Shown: positions 1 through 14,279 of the stretch, piece after piece
Position numbering within the stretch: position 1 is the first letter of the stretch
Layout: each line of letters starts with the position of its first letter
NCBI GenBank assembly: GCA_951406725.2
Contig: OX597832.1
Location: 36,518,001 to 36,582,000 of the forward strand
Length of the DNA: 64,000 bases
Direction: 5' to 3'
Origin: Octopus vulgaris
Taxonomy: Eukaryota
Notes under the pieces: model-generated
Seen by the model: the letters and a program-made list of their open reading frames with translations, nothing else
Told to the model about the DNA's origin: nothing
The model's database searches: none
Program-made: the position numbers and the translations under genes

Positions 1-566
1 TTTTGCTGGTGCAAACAAGTAAACAAATCATGTGATTGAATTCCCTATAGCTTTGAGATAATGTGAGATAAAGCCTTTCAAGTGAAAATACCATGAAATT
101 TTCGAGTCTTTTTTGGTTTTATCAATGTTTGAAGAGAAGTGCACATCTTAGTTTATAACGATATGGCGTCAGCAAGTAGCAATTCCAATTTTGAAGGTTT
201 TATTCTTGATGATGTACAAAATGTAAGCGAAAACTAACAGTGATTTGTCTTTGGACGAATCTGCATATAAGTATACAAGAATCCCTTTTTTTAAATTTTT
301 GATTCTTGTATACTTATTTTATTTATGATTCTTTGCAAGTAGGCTTATTGCCTATAAGAGAGCTGTTCTTCATTCGAATTCATGCTTTCTCCTGCATGCC
401 ACTAACTACAGGCAAATACGAAAATGTATTCTCGTCAAAATAAGTGAACGCGGTACCTGACAAGACACATCTGCAAGGAATGATGCACCACAAATATTTG
501 TACAGAATCTCCCCCCAACCTATGAGGAACTGATGCATGTGAATTCCATTTTCTTTCTCTCATATC

Positions 567-597
<31 letters not shown>

Positions 598-777
598 GTT
601 GGCAAATTAAGCAGAAACAGTGCAAAGTTTGAGGGACTCTTTAAGTCTTGTAAGGTCGAGACAACCTCTTATATTGCTGGAACCATAATTTACAAACCAT
701 TACATGAGAGAAAAATACAAACTCACTCACTCAAACACATGCACGCATTTATGTGTATGAGCACACACGTGCACACG

Positions 778-810
<33 letters not shown>

Positions 811-814
<4 letters not shown>

Positions 815-1035
815 TTAGGATTCAGATTACTCTGTCCAACGTCCTGTTTATTTTTCACTGTTTTGAATTACTCCTGCATTGTCTCATAGCTTTGAGATTT
901 CACAAGTGTAATTGATTGCTCATTTTTAGAATGACATTGTTGGTTTAAGTTTGAAAAGTTGGGTTTGGCCAGTTTGAATATAAAACAGGAAGAATATTTG
1001 AGTTGCTCGATGTTTCCTGTTTAAATGCTGAAGGG
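811..1035. mobile_element. piggyBac-like MITE, copy 1
   Basis: Ends are TCCTTTAGGATTCAGA / TTTAAATGCTGAAGGG-TTTAA. Same family as 12839-13191 and 43058-43518, in the opposite orientation. Confidence 0.6.
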
Positions 1036-1184
1036 TTTAAAGTGAATTGAACTGTTGGTGTTTAATGCAGTTCACTGCCTTGTAGGATTCTGTCCAACTG
1101 TCCAACCCATGACAGCATGGAAGAGAGAGATGTTAAAATGACAATGATGATGATACACATATAATCTATATAGACATGTCTGGG

Positions 1185-1220
<36 letters not shown>

Positions 1221-3763
1221 GATATACATGCATGCATGTATATGTGTTAAAGTGTATATGTGTGTATAAAGTACATGTATGTGTATATGTGTATGTATGT
1301 ATGTGTGTTTGTATATACATGCATGTATATGTGTGTGTATGCATGTTTTATATATGTGTGTGTGTTTGTTTATTTTCAGTCAGCAAGGCAACTTGCAGTC
1401 AGCATCACTATGTACCTTGGAAAAGGACAAAATGATGGCAGTAGTAAAATCTGAAATTATGACCAGATGGTCAATATGTCACCCACATTGACCGCCATTA
1501 GTGATTCTGTTTCTAATAGTTGTGGACATGTAATGGCTGGAATATATTGTTCGCATAGTGTCGTTTCGAAGCTTTCTGCTCAGCTAATTACTGACATGGT
1601 CACTTTAGATAACTGCTAACAGAACGAATGTCCCAGGTAATACGGCTACTTTGTTAAGTACTTCAAAAGAACCATTTACTATAGATAAAAGTTACATGAA
1701 TGGACCAGTTCTCGATAATAAGGTTTATTAGCTAGGTACTTTCATAGTATACCTAGTTACTATAGATAAGTGTTAGTTGAATGAACCATGTCTTGATAAA
1801 CATTTAGATGCTAGTATGTTACCGTATTATGGAATGGGTAATGTTAACTGTTGAATGGGGCCATTGTGGCTTTGGTATTGGTAGTTGTAAATGAAGTTAA
1901 TTTACCATTCCTATAACTCCAATTACCTCACTAACCAGAAACTTAACTACAAGATTATGGTTTTTCTCATTATAAAGTTAGAAATTCTCACAAATATTCT
2001 ACTCTTTATTTTACATTGATAGACGTGTGTGTGTGATATAATTGAGTCTTATCTCACATAGTTATTTGTGTGTGTGTGATATAATAGATCCTTTATCCTC
2101 TTCCTTCACCCTCTTCTTACTCCATCTCTTATCTTCAAGTTGTTCCTTTGATGTGGTCTATATCTATGCTGTCTGAACTCTGATTCGCTAATTAATGTGC
2201 TGTCTATCAGTGCTATCTGCATTCTGATTGGATAATTGATATGCTCCGTATCTGTATCATCTGAACTTTAATTGGATAATGTACCCACTTCTCCTCCTCC
2301 TCCTGTCTCTTCTCTACAGGGGAAATGAGCTGAGTCATGGATGAGTCAGGCAAAAACAAAGAGGAAAACTAAATTATATACAAACAGTGAAAACACTTCA
2401 AATCATATCACACACACACACACACACACACACCAGTGTAATGGCATGTGGCATTATTGCTGCATCATAACTGCTACTGTGCACAGCAAATGATGCAACA
2501 CTGGACCATAACAAGTTTGCTAGATCATAACTATTGCACATCACAACTGTAGCTTCAGTCCACAACTGCTGATGCATATAACAACTTCTGCACATCATGC
2601 CAAAAGGCGCGATGTGCAACAGTTACAGGCTACTGCAGGTGCATGACCCAGTGATTATGGTGTTACACTCATGACTGCAAAATTATCCTTTTGAAGTAGC
2701 ATCTGCTGAACTAGACTATAACTGTTGCACACCACAACTGCAGCTGCATACCATGAGTTTTGGTGCACATGGCAACTTTTCTGAACTAGAATATAATTTG
2801 CTGCACACAATGGCAAGTGCACACTAAATTGCTGCTGCTGTAGACTATAACTGTTGCACACCTGACTGCTATTGCACCTCAATTAATGCTGCACCTCTAC
2901 TGTTTCTGCATCAGTTACTACTAACCTAGACAGGCCTGCTATAAACCAAAACGCCTGTATGCAACCGGTTGTGTCACATCTGCAGCATTAGACAAACTAT
3001 AACTTCTTGTTTACTTATGCATCTGTTATAATGCAATAGTCTGCACTACAACCACTGTAGGGAACTGATTCAGGACCCTCAAAGGTGCATGGCTTAGTGG
3101 TTGCAGTGTTGCACTCATGTTTGCAAGATTATTGTCATGCGTTTGATGTCCATGCTTCATGCTGGCATGGGTTGGATGGTTTGATAAGATCCAATATGTC
3201 CAAGACTTGCATCAAGCTCCAGTGTCTGCTTTGTCCTGGTTTTATAGTTGGCTGTCCTTCCTAGTGCCAACCAGAGTGTAGTGGGTACACTTTTCATGCC
3301 ACGTGCACAAACGAGGTTGCCATGCAGTTCACAGGACTATGAGCCCTGGGGTCAGTTTCATGTTATGAGAGGCGAGAGAGAGATCTGAATGGCTACTCAC
3401 GTCTAGCAGGGGAAAAGCAAGAGAGAGAATGATTGGTAGGAGATGCATGACATAATTGCAATAAGATGCCAGGTGGCCCTACAAGGCACCCACCGTGTAG
3501 AAGTGGGTGAGTGGGTTGTTTTGCAAGATTGTATGGGAAAGGGGATGAGGGATGGGGAGGCAGACTGACAGAATGAGTAGGTTTTAAAGAGTGGCGGAAA
3601 TGAAATGTTGCGTTGGGGAAGATGGACGGATGCAAAAGAGTGGTGGGGAGAACAACAGAGATATGGTGTGATTGGGTAGTTTGTGAAACCAGGGCAGAGG
3701 TGTAAGTAGCAGGCATAATGATATCATCATTCAGTGGTCTCGTTGAAACAGTGATATATCTAC

Positions 3764-3803
<40 letters not shown>

Positions 3804-3899
3804 CTATCTATATATATATATATATATATCATCATCATTGTTATTGAATTTCTGTTTTCCATGCAGGCATAGGTTGGACTACATGCGTCTGTGTCTGTG

Positions 3900-4133
3900 T
3901 GATGCTTTTTATGTGCTACTGGCATGGGAGCCAGTCAGGTGGGACTCGAGCATGATCGTTGCCTGACCAGCTCCTGTGCTGGTGGCACGTAAAAAGCACC
4001 CACTACACTGTTGGAGTGGTTGGTGTTAGGAAGGGCATCCAGCTGTAGATACTTTGCTAGATCGGATTGTAGCCTGGTGCAGCCTTCTGGCTTGCTAGCC
4101 CTCAGTCGAACTGTCCAACCCTTGACAATGATG
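3900..4133 (+). mobile_element. RTE 3'UTR-derived repeat; further copies at about 1085-1152(+), 3145-3310(-), 9168-9280(-), 26830-27027(+), 29050-29302(+) and 45650-45707(+)
   Basis: Shared GGAGTGGTTGGYGTTAGGAAGGGCATCCAGCTGTAGA ... GTCCAACCCATGCYAGCATGGA...(GAT)n, same layout as 5640-5808. Confidence 0.8.
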
Positions 4134-4138
4134 ATATA

Positions 4139-4178
<40 letters not shown>

Positions 4179-4998
4179 CAGTATTAAGTTAGGAGAAAGA
4201 GTACTTGAAACATTTAATAGAGAGTAATATAATTATTGAAAGTCGAGGTTTTATTCCAGTTTTACTCCCAAGTTTTACACTTTTTTGTTTGTTTATTCAT
4301 GTGATTGAGAAGTATCTAGTTGTTGGCTGAATGGAAGAAGAAAGACTGAGAGGCTCCCAAAAAGTGATGGAGTGATGTATCTGCTTTGCTTATTACTCTC
4401 ACTCACAAAACATAAACACAATACAAAACACACATACACAAAAAAAAAGCAGAAATCAATAGATATTAAGCAAAAACATCATTTTGTCTGACAAATCCTG
4501 TTCCGAAAAACATATTACTCATTGCAGTATACAATGAAGACGATAATAATAAAAATAACAACAGCAATAACAATAATAATATTTATATATGTCTTATGTA
4601 TGGTACATAGAGTGTTATATTGAAGTTTAGCATGCAACGAGTGCTGCACCCATGAATCAAGTGAGGTCGATATTAAGATAAATATATTATGTCAGACACA
4701 ATATCTTACTGAGGCCCACGTTTTGGCAAGGAGTTATCTGCCTTGGAACAGAGGTCAGGAGGAAGAGGTTCAATTTATTTTGTAAACTGCAGGCTTTTAT
4801 TTGTTAAAATATTAATTTATGAAAATGATTTCTGCTACATTTATGTCCTGTGTTGCAAGACACTGCCCAAATCATCTGATGTGGGATGGTTGCCAAGTTA
4901 TGAGGAAATATTCTGTTCTTTGAATGAATTTTGGTTGTTCATTTGCAATTGTATCGTTTGTATAATGAGATAACTATCAGTTTGTCTGTCTGTCTAAT

Positions 4999-5056
<58 letters not shown>

Positions 5057-5808
5057 GTAGTGCATACATGACAGAGTGTAGCACCCTGAGAGATAAGTTG
5101 GACATAAGAAGCATGAGGCGTTGTGTGCAAGAGAGACGGCTGTACTGGTTTGGTCATGTGTTGCGAATGGACGAGGACAGCTGCATGGAAAAGTGTCACA
5201 CCCTGGCAGTAGAGGGAACTTGGGGAAGAGGTAGACCCAGGATGACCTGGGATGAGGTGATGAAGTATGACTCTCCAACGTTGGGCTTCACCAAGGTGAT
5301 GACATGTGACCAAGACCTTTGAAAGTATCCTGTGCTTGAGAAGACTCAGCAAGCCAAGTGAGACCACAACCATGACCTATACCAGTGCAGCATAACCAGC
5401 CCATTTAAGAGTACTCTTCAATCATTGGGCAGTAAACTGTTGAGGCAAGTGAAGTCGTTGTCATGGCCGATGACAGTACTGCCTGATTGGCACCCATGCT
5501 GGTGGCATATAAGAAGCACCATTCGAGTGTGGTCGATGCCAGTGCAGCCTGACTGGTCCTTTGCCGGTGGCACATAAAAAGCACCATTCAAGCATGGCTG
5601 ATGGCAGTACCAACTGACTGGCCCTCGTGCCAGTGGCACGTAAAAATCACCCACTACACTCTGAGTAGTTGGTTTCAGGAAGGGCATCCAGCTATAGAAA
5701 CATTGCCAGATTAGATTGGAGCCTGGTGCAGACTTCTGGCTTGCCAGACCCCGGTCGAACCGTCCAATCCATGCCAGCATGGAAAGCGGACATGAAACGA
5801 TGATGATG
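5057..5808 (+). mobile_element. RTE-clade LINE 3' end (ORF C-terminus, 3'UTR and (GAT)n tail)
   Basis: RRLYWFGHVLRMDEDSC...GRGRPRMTWDEV is the RTE C-terminal signature. The UTR has repeated GGCACRTAAAAAGCACC units and ends in GATGATGATG. Confidence 0.88.
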
Positions 5809-7677
5809 GTGAGTAGACTGCAGTCATTCTGGGATACCACCTTGGAGGATTTAGTTGAACAAATCAACCCCAGTGCTTTGTTTGTTTTAAGTCTTGTACT
5901 TATTCTGTTGGTCACTTTTGCCAAACTGCTAAGTTACAGGGAAATAACCAGTAGTACTGGAGGACAGGCACAGATGCACTGTCTACCAAATCCACTCACA
6001 AGGCTATAGTCAGTCCGAGGCTATGGTAGAAAACACTTCCCCAAGGTATCACTTCCTCAACCTGGAACTTATTTTAGCAACCCTGAGAGGATGAAAGGGA
6101 AAATCAATCTCGACAATAATAATGATTCAAAATTTTGGCACAAGGCCAGCAGTTTCAGCGTGTTGGGGAAGTGTAAGTCAATTATATTGGCTCCAGTATC
6201 CAATTGGTACTTATTTTATTGACTCTGGAAGGATGAAAGGCAATGTTGATGTTGGTGGTATTTGAACTCAAAATGCAAAGACGGATGAAATTCCACTAAG
6301 CATTTTGCCTGGCACGCGAACGATTCTGCCAGCTCCCCACCTTATTATAATGATAAGTGCAGGGGTGTAGGCATGGCTGTGAAATTAAGAAGCTTGTTTC
6401 CCAAATATGTGGTCTTGGTTCAGTCCTTCAGCATTGTACTTAGGGCAAGTGTCTTCCTCTCAAGTGCTGAGTTGACCAAAACATTGTAAATGGACTTGAT
6501 AGACAGAAACTAAAAGACTCCCATTGTGTGTGTGTGTGTGTGTGTGTGTGTAGGTGCTTGTCTTGACGTGCTTGTCATACAATCTATTTTGTTTGTTTCC
6601 AGTTCTCTGTGAAAAATTTATCAGGCTATGGGGAAAATATCTCCTTGCTTGGAAACAGGTAAAGGTTGGTGATAGGAAGGGTATCTGACTGTAGAAAATC
6701 TGCCTCAACAGATTACACCTAGCACAACATACAAGCTTGGAAAAATGGACATTACATTTAAGTCTTTCTGCTTTTAGTTCTAAATAATCATGTGTACTTA
6801 TTCTATAGACTCATGTAAATGCCTGTCCACCTAATTCTGACACACAACAACCCTACACACTTGCATCTTCTGTTCAAATGTACATCATTCCCATTTTATC
6901 CAGCTCTCACCTGCCAATAGTTATCAAATGAAGCTATTTATTTTTATCACATCCTCCAACAATTGTCATTAATTCTTGATAGTATATCTATCTCTATATC
7001 TCTATATCTATTATATCACTTATCACACTATTTCTTACACAATATATCTCACTTGACTATAGCTAAGAGATACACGGAAAGAAGAAATTGGTCAATGATT
7101 GATTCTATCCTTAAAATGACCCAGAGATTCATACATCAAATATATCCCAGCTCTTTTGACTGTCAAAAGCAGCTTCGCCGCCCGTCACTGATTTGCTTCT
7201 ATTCATCCATCGTCTCTTCTAGCCATTTTCTCTTTCGTTCACATGGCTTCTCTTTCTGCCAACCCACCTTTCTCTCTCTCTCGTTCTTTCATTTGTTTGC
7301 TTCTCTTTTTATTCTTCTTTCTTTCCATTTTCATTCAAAGATGAATGTCTTTGACACTAATTCAATAATGTTCGTTATTTTCCTATTTCCTCCATCCTCT
7401 GCGCATCTGTCACCATCGCCACCGCTGTTGCCATCATTCCTGGTAATTCCTGTTGTGTGAAGGATTACTGCAAAGAATCTACCAAAACATTTGTATAAAC
7501 AGGCCACAAGAGGCTTGAGCATGGCCATGCAGTTAAGATGCTCACTTTACAACCGCTTAGTCGCAGGTTCAATTCTAAGGTGTAGTGCCTTGGGCAAGTG
7601 TCTTCTATTAAAACCCCCATTTGACTAATGCCTTGTTAGTGAGGTTTGTTAGATAGACATTGTGATGTAGCCAATTG

Positions 7678-7716
<39 letters not shown>

Positions 7717-8399
7717 ATGTATGTGTTTGTATGTGTGTGTGTGCATTGATGCTACTTAGGCAGCAATGATGTCTCTCTCTCATCCACTGGAATCTCGGGA
7801 GTGGTTTGACTGAATGCTCTCTTATTGCCAACCCTCGCCTGTTTCCAAATAAGCTTAATAATTACCTCATGGCCAGATATTGTTTCTACAGAATATTGGA
7901 AATGAATGCATGACAAACAGTGTTATTCATTTACAACTATCATGCAATATAAAGACAAGAAGATATAAACAGACTCGTTTTCACATACACATTTATTCAC
8001 TCACACACACACTTGCTTACAGTTTCTGTCCACCTACAAGGCTAGTGTTTTCTATTCATCCAGGGGCTAAAGTAGAAAATACTTGTCTGTGGGAAAAATC
8101 ATTTCTTTCTCAACGTCAATGTTTGCAACTAAATGCAAGAAATATTCAAATATACAATGAAAAGAAATGGTCGAACCTGTTAAGACCATTGCCGAGTATT
8201 TAATACCCGAGCAATGCCGGGTACTCCTGCCACTCATAAATAATCTCCCTATTCACTAAGTTCTTTAGTTGCTCTCCTCACATTGCTCTTCCTCGTCATT
8301 GTAGCATATTTCCAAAGATGTCCTGGTCATAAGAGAAAAATGTTGCTCTGTGTCCCATTCTGCAAAATTTGCAACTGCCCTGATTCTGCCAATTACTGT

Positions 8400-10000
8400 T
8401 TCATCATGCTTCCATCATCTCAAAGGTGATGGAAACAGTCATTAACTGTAACAACAACACCTTTCTCTTGATGTGGCTCAAGAACCTTACACTATCATAG
8501 AGAATGCCATGTTCATAAATGGTGTCTTAATTGTAAGTTGATGGGACACAGTGCGAAAATGTCATATCATCAGTGTCGTGCCCCTTGACTACTTGAGTGG
8601 AAATTTCTTTTTGGCACTATAATTAGGTACAGTCAGTTGTGGCATTGAATTGTCTTTGATTCACAAAAACATTGGGAATCATAATTCCAATCATCTCATT
8701 AAGGTGCAATCTATTGATAAAAGCAAATTTAACTTAAATGGTCAAAACAATTGTAGACATTAAACTATATGGTTACTTTCTAATAAACAGAAATTTTGGT
8801 TGTTTGTAGAATATCTGATTTGGCCATCGAAAGGAGTTCCTGCACGTTGTGATTTTGTTTATTTCAGAATAAATATAGAGGTAAACTTCCCTAGTTGGCT
8901 CAAATACCTTCAATTAAAGTCTACTGTATATGTAGACCTGAAATTTAATATTTGACAAACCTTCAAAATGTCCAGTAACTGTCATTCCATATTGCGGAAC
9001 CAAAACCAATTCTCAAAATGGACAACTCTTAAATTTTGATAATACTAACTGAATTTACACTTTACACTTTTGTGTTTAGGAAGTAACTCTTCTACCTGTC
9101 ATTCAATGCCTTTATTTGTTATTCCCCTTGTTTTGTGCTCCCTGTTCTATTCATAATAATTGTGGCACCCATCATCATCATCATCATCATCATCATCGTC
9201 ATAACGTCCGCTTTCCATGCTGGCATGGGTTGGACGGTTTCATTGAGGTCTGGAGAGCCAGCAGTTGCACCAGGCTCCAATTTCTTTCAATTTTCTGGAT
9301 TTTGTTTTTTGTTTTTTTTGTATTTATTGAATATTCCTCTGAACGTAAGTTTTCTTTAATTGGATATAAATTTGAAGATTCTGTTGACCTTTGCAACAAT
9401 CACTTTTTCAAGCTTTTGATGAATTTCTTGCCATATACTTTGCTCTACTAACAAAAATAATATCTATTAGTGGTCTTAACCAAGATCTCCAGATAGGATA
9501 TACTGTCTTTGATGCCCTGATGTGATGTATGGAATTAATATCCTTTTAAAGATATCCAGCCCCAAGCTGTCATCATCTCACTTAACTATTGGATTCTGGT
9601 ACTTTATAAAATTCTATACATTGCTAGATTTGCACTTCGCCTTAAGAACTGAACAAATTTGAGTCATTCGATTACAGTATTTTTGACCAGTTAGACTATG
9701 TACAGTTTTTATCTTCCTTAATAAACTTGAATGCATGGACATTGGTTTCTAGTTTTTATGTGCAACATTTCCCCCAAATTCAACTTGCATTTGTCAAGTT
9801 TTTATAGCGGTGACACCAATATACATGTGATATTTCTGTCAGATATCATTGAGAATGTCAACAATAGTCATTTTCCTCTGATTGAGGACAGTCTAACTAC
9901 CAGTTCCACCGAAGATGTCCACACTATGGTGAGCAGTAATTTATCAAGAATTCAATTCCGTTAGGTATGACTAGAGAAAGTCCATTTCAGTTTATGCAGT
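8400..10000 (-). mobile_element. Possible very old LINE (APE/RT) remnant
   Basis: Short minus-strand peptide echoes (SVDIFGGT, GVTAI, FYKVPESN, LIDIIFVS) occur in APE order but are heavily frameshifted. Confidence 0.3.
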
Positions 10001-11289
10001 TGGAAATCTCTTGAGTTCATCTCTGATGAGACGCATTTCTATTTACTCGTCACTCAGAACCTTCATCAGATATTATCAAATTGTTATTAATAGTTTGTCA
10101 TACACAAAGTATTATCCAAAATTAAAATACATTTTTTCTCCTATAATGTTCTTAAACTGATGTTCATTTTTGTGGCTTCGTTAATACTCTCAGTAATTGT
10201 AATATGCAGATTAAAATTGTCGTGTTTACACCTACGGCATTTAAAAGAGTAAAAAATTTTCTTTTAATCATATATAATTTCAATTGTATTTGATTAAGTA
10301 AATAGAAATAATTAACAGTTAATTACCAGTATATTCTTGTGTTCATTTTATACTAAGTGACACCTCTGCGTATGCCAGCCAGTGCAGAGAAACACGCACA
10401 TACACTCTCACTTTGTATATATTGACAGGTCTGTCTGCACACACATACACACCTTGCTAAATATGTCATTCAATGCATCTTCACTTAATATCCACAGAAC
10501 TTTTTGTGTCAACTGGTTCGTTTACATAGTCTCACTACATGTTTAAATACACATTAACCTGTCAATTGACGGATACATACTGTTAAAATATGTCAACTAA
10601 AACATCTATATGCACACACACACACACACTCACACACCATATGCAAGTACATACACTCTTCCCCCCTCTCTCTGTTTATATATAGTCTATTTCATTTAAT
10701 TGCATAGTGTCAGTGAATGAAATATCTCTGTAATTAATCAAACTCACATTATAGGTGATAAATTACGAGGCTTCACTTATGTTGTGTATGTAGTAAGCTA
10801 TTATGGCTACGTTACATACGTGTGTATGTATTATATAATAAAACATGACTAAAATATATATTTCATGTTGGCATATTTCTATGCATCCATGTCTGTGTGT
10901 TGTTTGATGAATTTTAAGAGTATTCAATTCTTTGTTTGTATTGTTCACCAGCCCAACTTGAAGGGTGAATGCAGTGAATGGTGGGTTCGGGTGACCAATG
11001 AGGTGAAGGATGAAAGAGAGAGAGAAAGAGACGATGTATAGTGGAGTAGGTTGCAAGAGTGTGGGGTTGGGTGTGGAGAGAGACTGGCAGAGTGCATGGG
11101 AAGAAATATGAGAAGGATAAAGGGTTTGGTGGATGGAAAGGACAGTATTAAAGATGAACGATGGACATCAAGTGAAATGATTTCATGGTCAAGATAAGTG
11201 GTATTAAGGAAAAGCTGCAGTTAAGAGATGATGGGTGGTGAGGGAGGAAATTGGGTGAATGACCCAGTTGTGTACACACACACACACAC

Positions 11290-12200
11290 CAGTTCCAAAA
11301 CTTAGTTTCGTTGAGGTAGGCAAGTCTTCAAGTCTTCTCGGGAACTGCATGTTGCCAATCATCTCAGTCCTTTGTCATTTGTGAGGTTCAAGGTTCTGAG
11401 ATCAGCCTCCACCTCTTTGTCCCATGTCTCCTTGGGTCTCCTGCTTCCTCAGGATCTGCCCACATTAATTGCTGATCAGATTTTGTTTTACTATACTGCT
11501 CTCCTCATCCATATGCAACCCCTGTCCATACCAACACAGTCCTCTTGCACCTGATTCCTCTTATACCCAGTTTTTCTCTTAAAATCATTTGTACTTTGTT
11601 GTTTATGCAGACAAACATTGTACATTGAACAGAGCATGTTTACTTCATTTCTTTCTAGTTTCCTTGAGTCCTCTACATGGAAGGCCCATGCCTTAATCCC
11701 ATACAGTATCACAGTTCTAATGCAAGTGTCGTACACACAATCTGTCTTTCACTCTGAGAGAAAAAAACCTTTCTTACCAGCAGTGATAGTAACTTCCTGA
11801 ATCTTCTCCGTCCTGTTCTTTCCTTGGTTCCTATACTTTCAGAACCACCGCTTCCCCTGTCATCGGCTACTTCTAGTGAGTGACCTGGGCACTTAAGTGA
11901 CCCTGTGTCCACATACCTACTGCTCCTGTGTATCTATTACATATGAAACTTACGTTCTGTTTTAGTCTGTTTCTGTCTCCATTGTGTATCCGGCATATCT
12001 ATTGCTTATGCTGGGTTCTGCATATGGAGTTTATACCTATTGCTTGCCTACACATTGAGTAAGGCCATTTCCCTGAAGATACCAGGTGCTCCTGTTTTCT
12101 TTTCTATTTACTAAATCCTTGCTAAGTTTACCTCTAGACATCTCAATTCTGCATTTAGAACTAAACTCCATTAGATTCTATTCCCTAAATGATAAAACAA
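11290..12200 (-). mobile_element. Decayed RTE-clade LINE fragment
   Basis: Minus-strand remnants are GGSESI..R...RRFRKLL.LL, YDTCIRTVILYG..AWA....RKLERNE.NML and GRS*GSRRPKETWDKEV. Confidence 0.8.
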
Positions 12201-12838
12201 ACCCAAATACATTTGATTTTGTTGACTAAAGTTGTTTGTAAGCATGAAGTACTGACTACTGTCATTTTAAGAGGATTCACAGCAAAAGTGATCCCATTCT
12301 GACTCCAATTAGAAATTCTCAGGGAACTGTGTTAATGCTTTTTACTCTTAGAATATTTTCTAGTCTCACAGCTTAAAATCTCAGAATCCCAGCCTCTGTG
12401 TTTGGATGATCTGAGAAATAATGGCAGCATCTGATATAGATACAAAATAATAATGGTTATACAAATGGAATCTTTCTAGAATCATTTTATGCATACTTAA
12501 TCAAATGAACGAATTTATGGTATATTTCACCAATTTTGCTTTATAAGAAATAGAATCACACACATTTAACCAAAATTAATGATTTGTATATGCATTAAAC
12601 GAACTGGTTTTACATAGATTTGATGTAAATGTGCTGAATTTTGAAAAGTTATGCAATTGAGTGGAATACATTTGAGTTAACTATATGTCAATTAATCTTT
12701 GTATACACAAGATATACACACAGATTAAATACATCAAATACTTCCTCTATATCTTCCTCTATACCCCCCTATTCAAATACATCAATTTGTTCTTTCTCTC
12801 TCTCAACTTGTTCATCTACACGTGCACACATTATTCAA

Positions 12839-13191
12839 CCCTTTAGCATTTAAACTGGCCACATCTAGCCTCTCACACTTACTCTACATTGTCATTCCAA
12901 AAATAAACTATCCCATCATCAAAATCTCGAAACTATGAGGTGTTGTATGTTTAATTGAAAACAATGTGAATGAAATGAGGGGAACTTTCTAGGTGCAATC
13001 CCATGGTCATTCATGACCGAAGGGAGTCCTTCTTATGTTCAAACTGGTCTCACACCTATCCCAAGAAGTCAATCTTACAAATAATCAGTCACGTCATTGA
13101 AATCTCAAAGCTACAAGGTAATGAATGAATAATTCAAAACAAAGTGAATAAACAAACATAACAGTTGACAGAGTAATCTGAATGCTGGAGG
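12839..13191. mobile_element. piggyBac-like MITE, copy 2, with internal partial duplication and a SINE tail fragment
   Basis: Reads TCAA-CCCTTTAGCATTTAAAC ... GAGTAATCTGAATGCTGGAGG-TTA. Confidence 0.6.
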
Positions 13192-13864
13192 TTATATATG
13201 CCAACTGGTCCACCTATACTCGCATACTATTTAAATGTATATCGTCTGATCTATGGACTCAAACACAAAGTTTCTGTTTTGTTATGTCAGTGCAGTTTTA
13301 ATGTTTATTTGAAGTTGACTTTCATGAAAAGAATCAATATTTTATATTCAAACTCATAAATTTTAACTCAATTAATTTTATATCTCCACCTGTCATTTAA
13401 TATATCTTGGGATGTGTGTTTTATTTAAAAATATGTCTTGGGAGCAGCGGTGTCTCATGTGAAGCTGTGTCCTAGGTTGAGTGTAACAAGTTGAGGAATG
13501 TTTTGTTGGTATAACAGATTAAAAGATAAACCTCAGGTATTTTTATTGTGCTATAATTTAACTGGAAGACATTGTTTTATTGTGCCATTAAAATCAAGTT
13601 CTGTCTGTCTGTCCTTCACTTGTTCGGGTAGGTTTCTGATATAACGTCAGACATTGAAACAGTAGAGAAGTAGCTGTTGTGGCATGCTGATATGAAATAT
13701 TGATCTGTAGGGTCATTAGAACTGGTCGGCTAAGAACTATTAGCACTGGAAGGTCGGAGAGCTATTAGAACAAATTGGCTGGAGAACACAGATTGGTTTC
13801 CATTCTTTTTAAGATAAATGAACTTTTATTGATTGAGTCTTCTTTCTTGGTTGCCGTCTTTTAT

Positions 13865-14279
13865 CTGTTATTTGTTTCAGTCATTAGACTGTGGCCATGC
13901 TGGGATACTCCCCTCAAGAATTTCCAGTCAAATGAATCAACCCCAGTACTTCTCTTTTCTCTCTCTCTCTTTTTTTTTAAAGCCTAGTACTTATTTTATC
14001 AGCCTTTATTGCTGAACCACTAAGTTACAAGAATGTAAACACACCAACACTGGTTAAACGGTGAGGTGGGGGCCAAACACAGACACAAAGACTCTCTTTC
14101 TCACACGTGCACACACACACACACACACACATTTATGACAGGCTTCTTTCAGTTTCCATCTACCAAATCCACTTAGAAGGCTTTAGTTGGCTTGAGGCTT
14201 TTCCAAGGTGTCATGCAGTGAGACTGAACCTGGAACCTTGTGCTTGGGAAGCAAGTTTCTTACCACACATCCATGCCTT
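13865..14279 (-). mobile_element. tRNA-derived SINE family A
   Basis: Same head, body and tail as 47638-48215. Confidence 0.8.

Noticed and set aside
267-318. 17-bp inverted repeat ATAAGTATACAAGAATC / GATTCTTGTATACTTAT
   Set aside because: Real, but an isolated AT-rich hairpin with no supportable function. Probably repeat debris.
461-545. Short frame containing NLPPTYEEL (PY-motif-like)
   Set aside because: There is an in-frame stop just upstream, no convincing splice acceptor and no recognisable homology.
571-1491. ORFs rich in CV/HT/YI dipeptides here and throughout the ORF track
   Set aside because: They are translations of (TG)n, (CA)n and (TA)n microsatellites, not genes.
10022-10060. 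CTGATGA followed by a GACG...CGTC hairpin
   Set aside because: No GAAA or stem III follows, so it is not a hammerhead.
13632-13670. CTGATAT-AACGTC-A-GACATT-GAAACAGTA resembling a hammerhead
   Set aside because: The core is mismatched, the loop is only 1 nt and there is no credible stem I.
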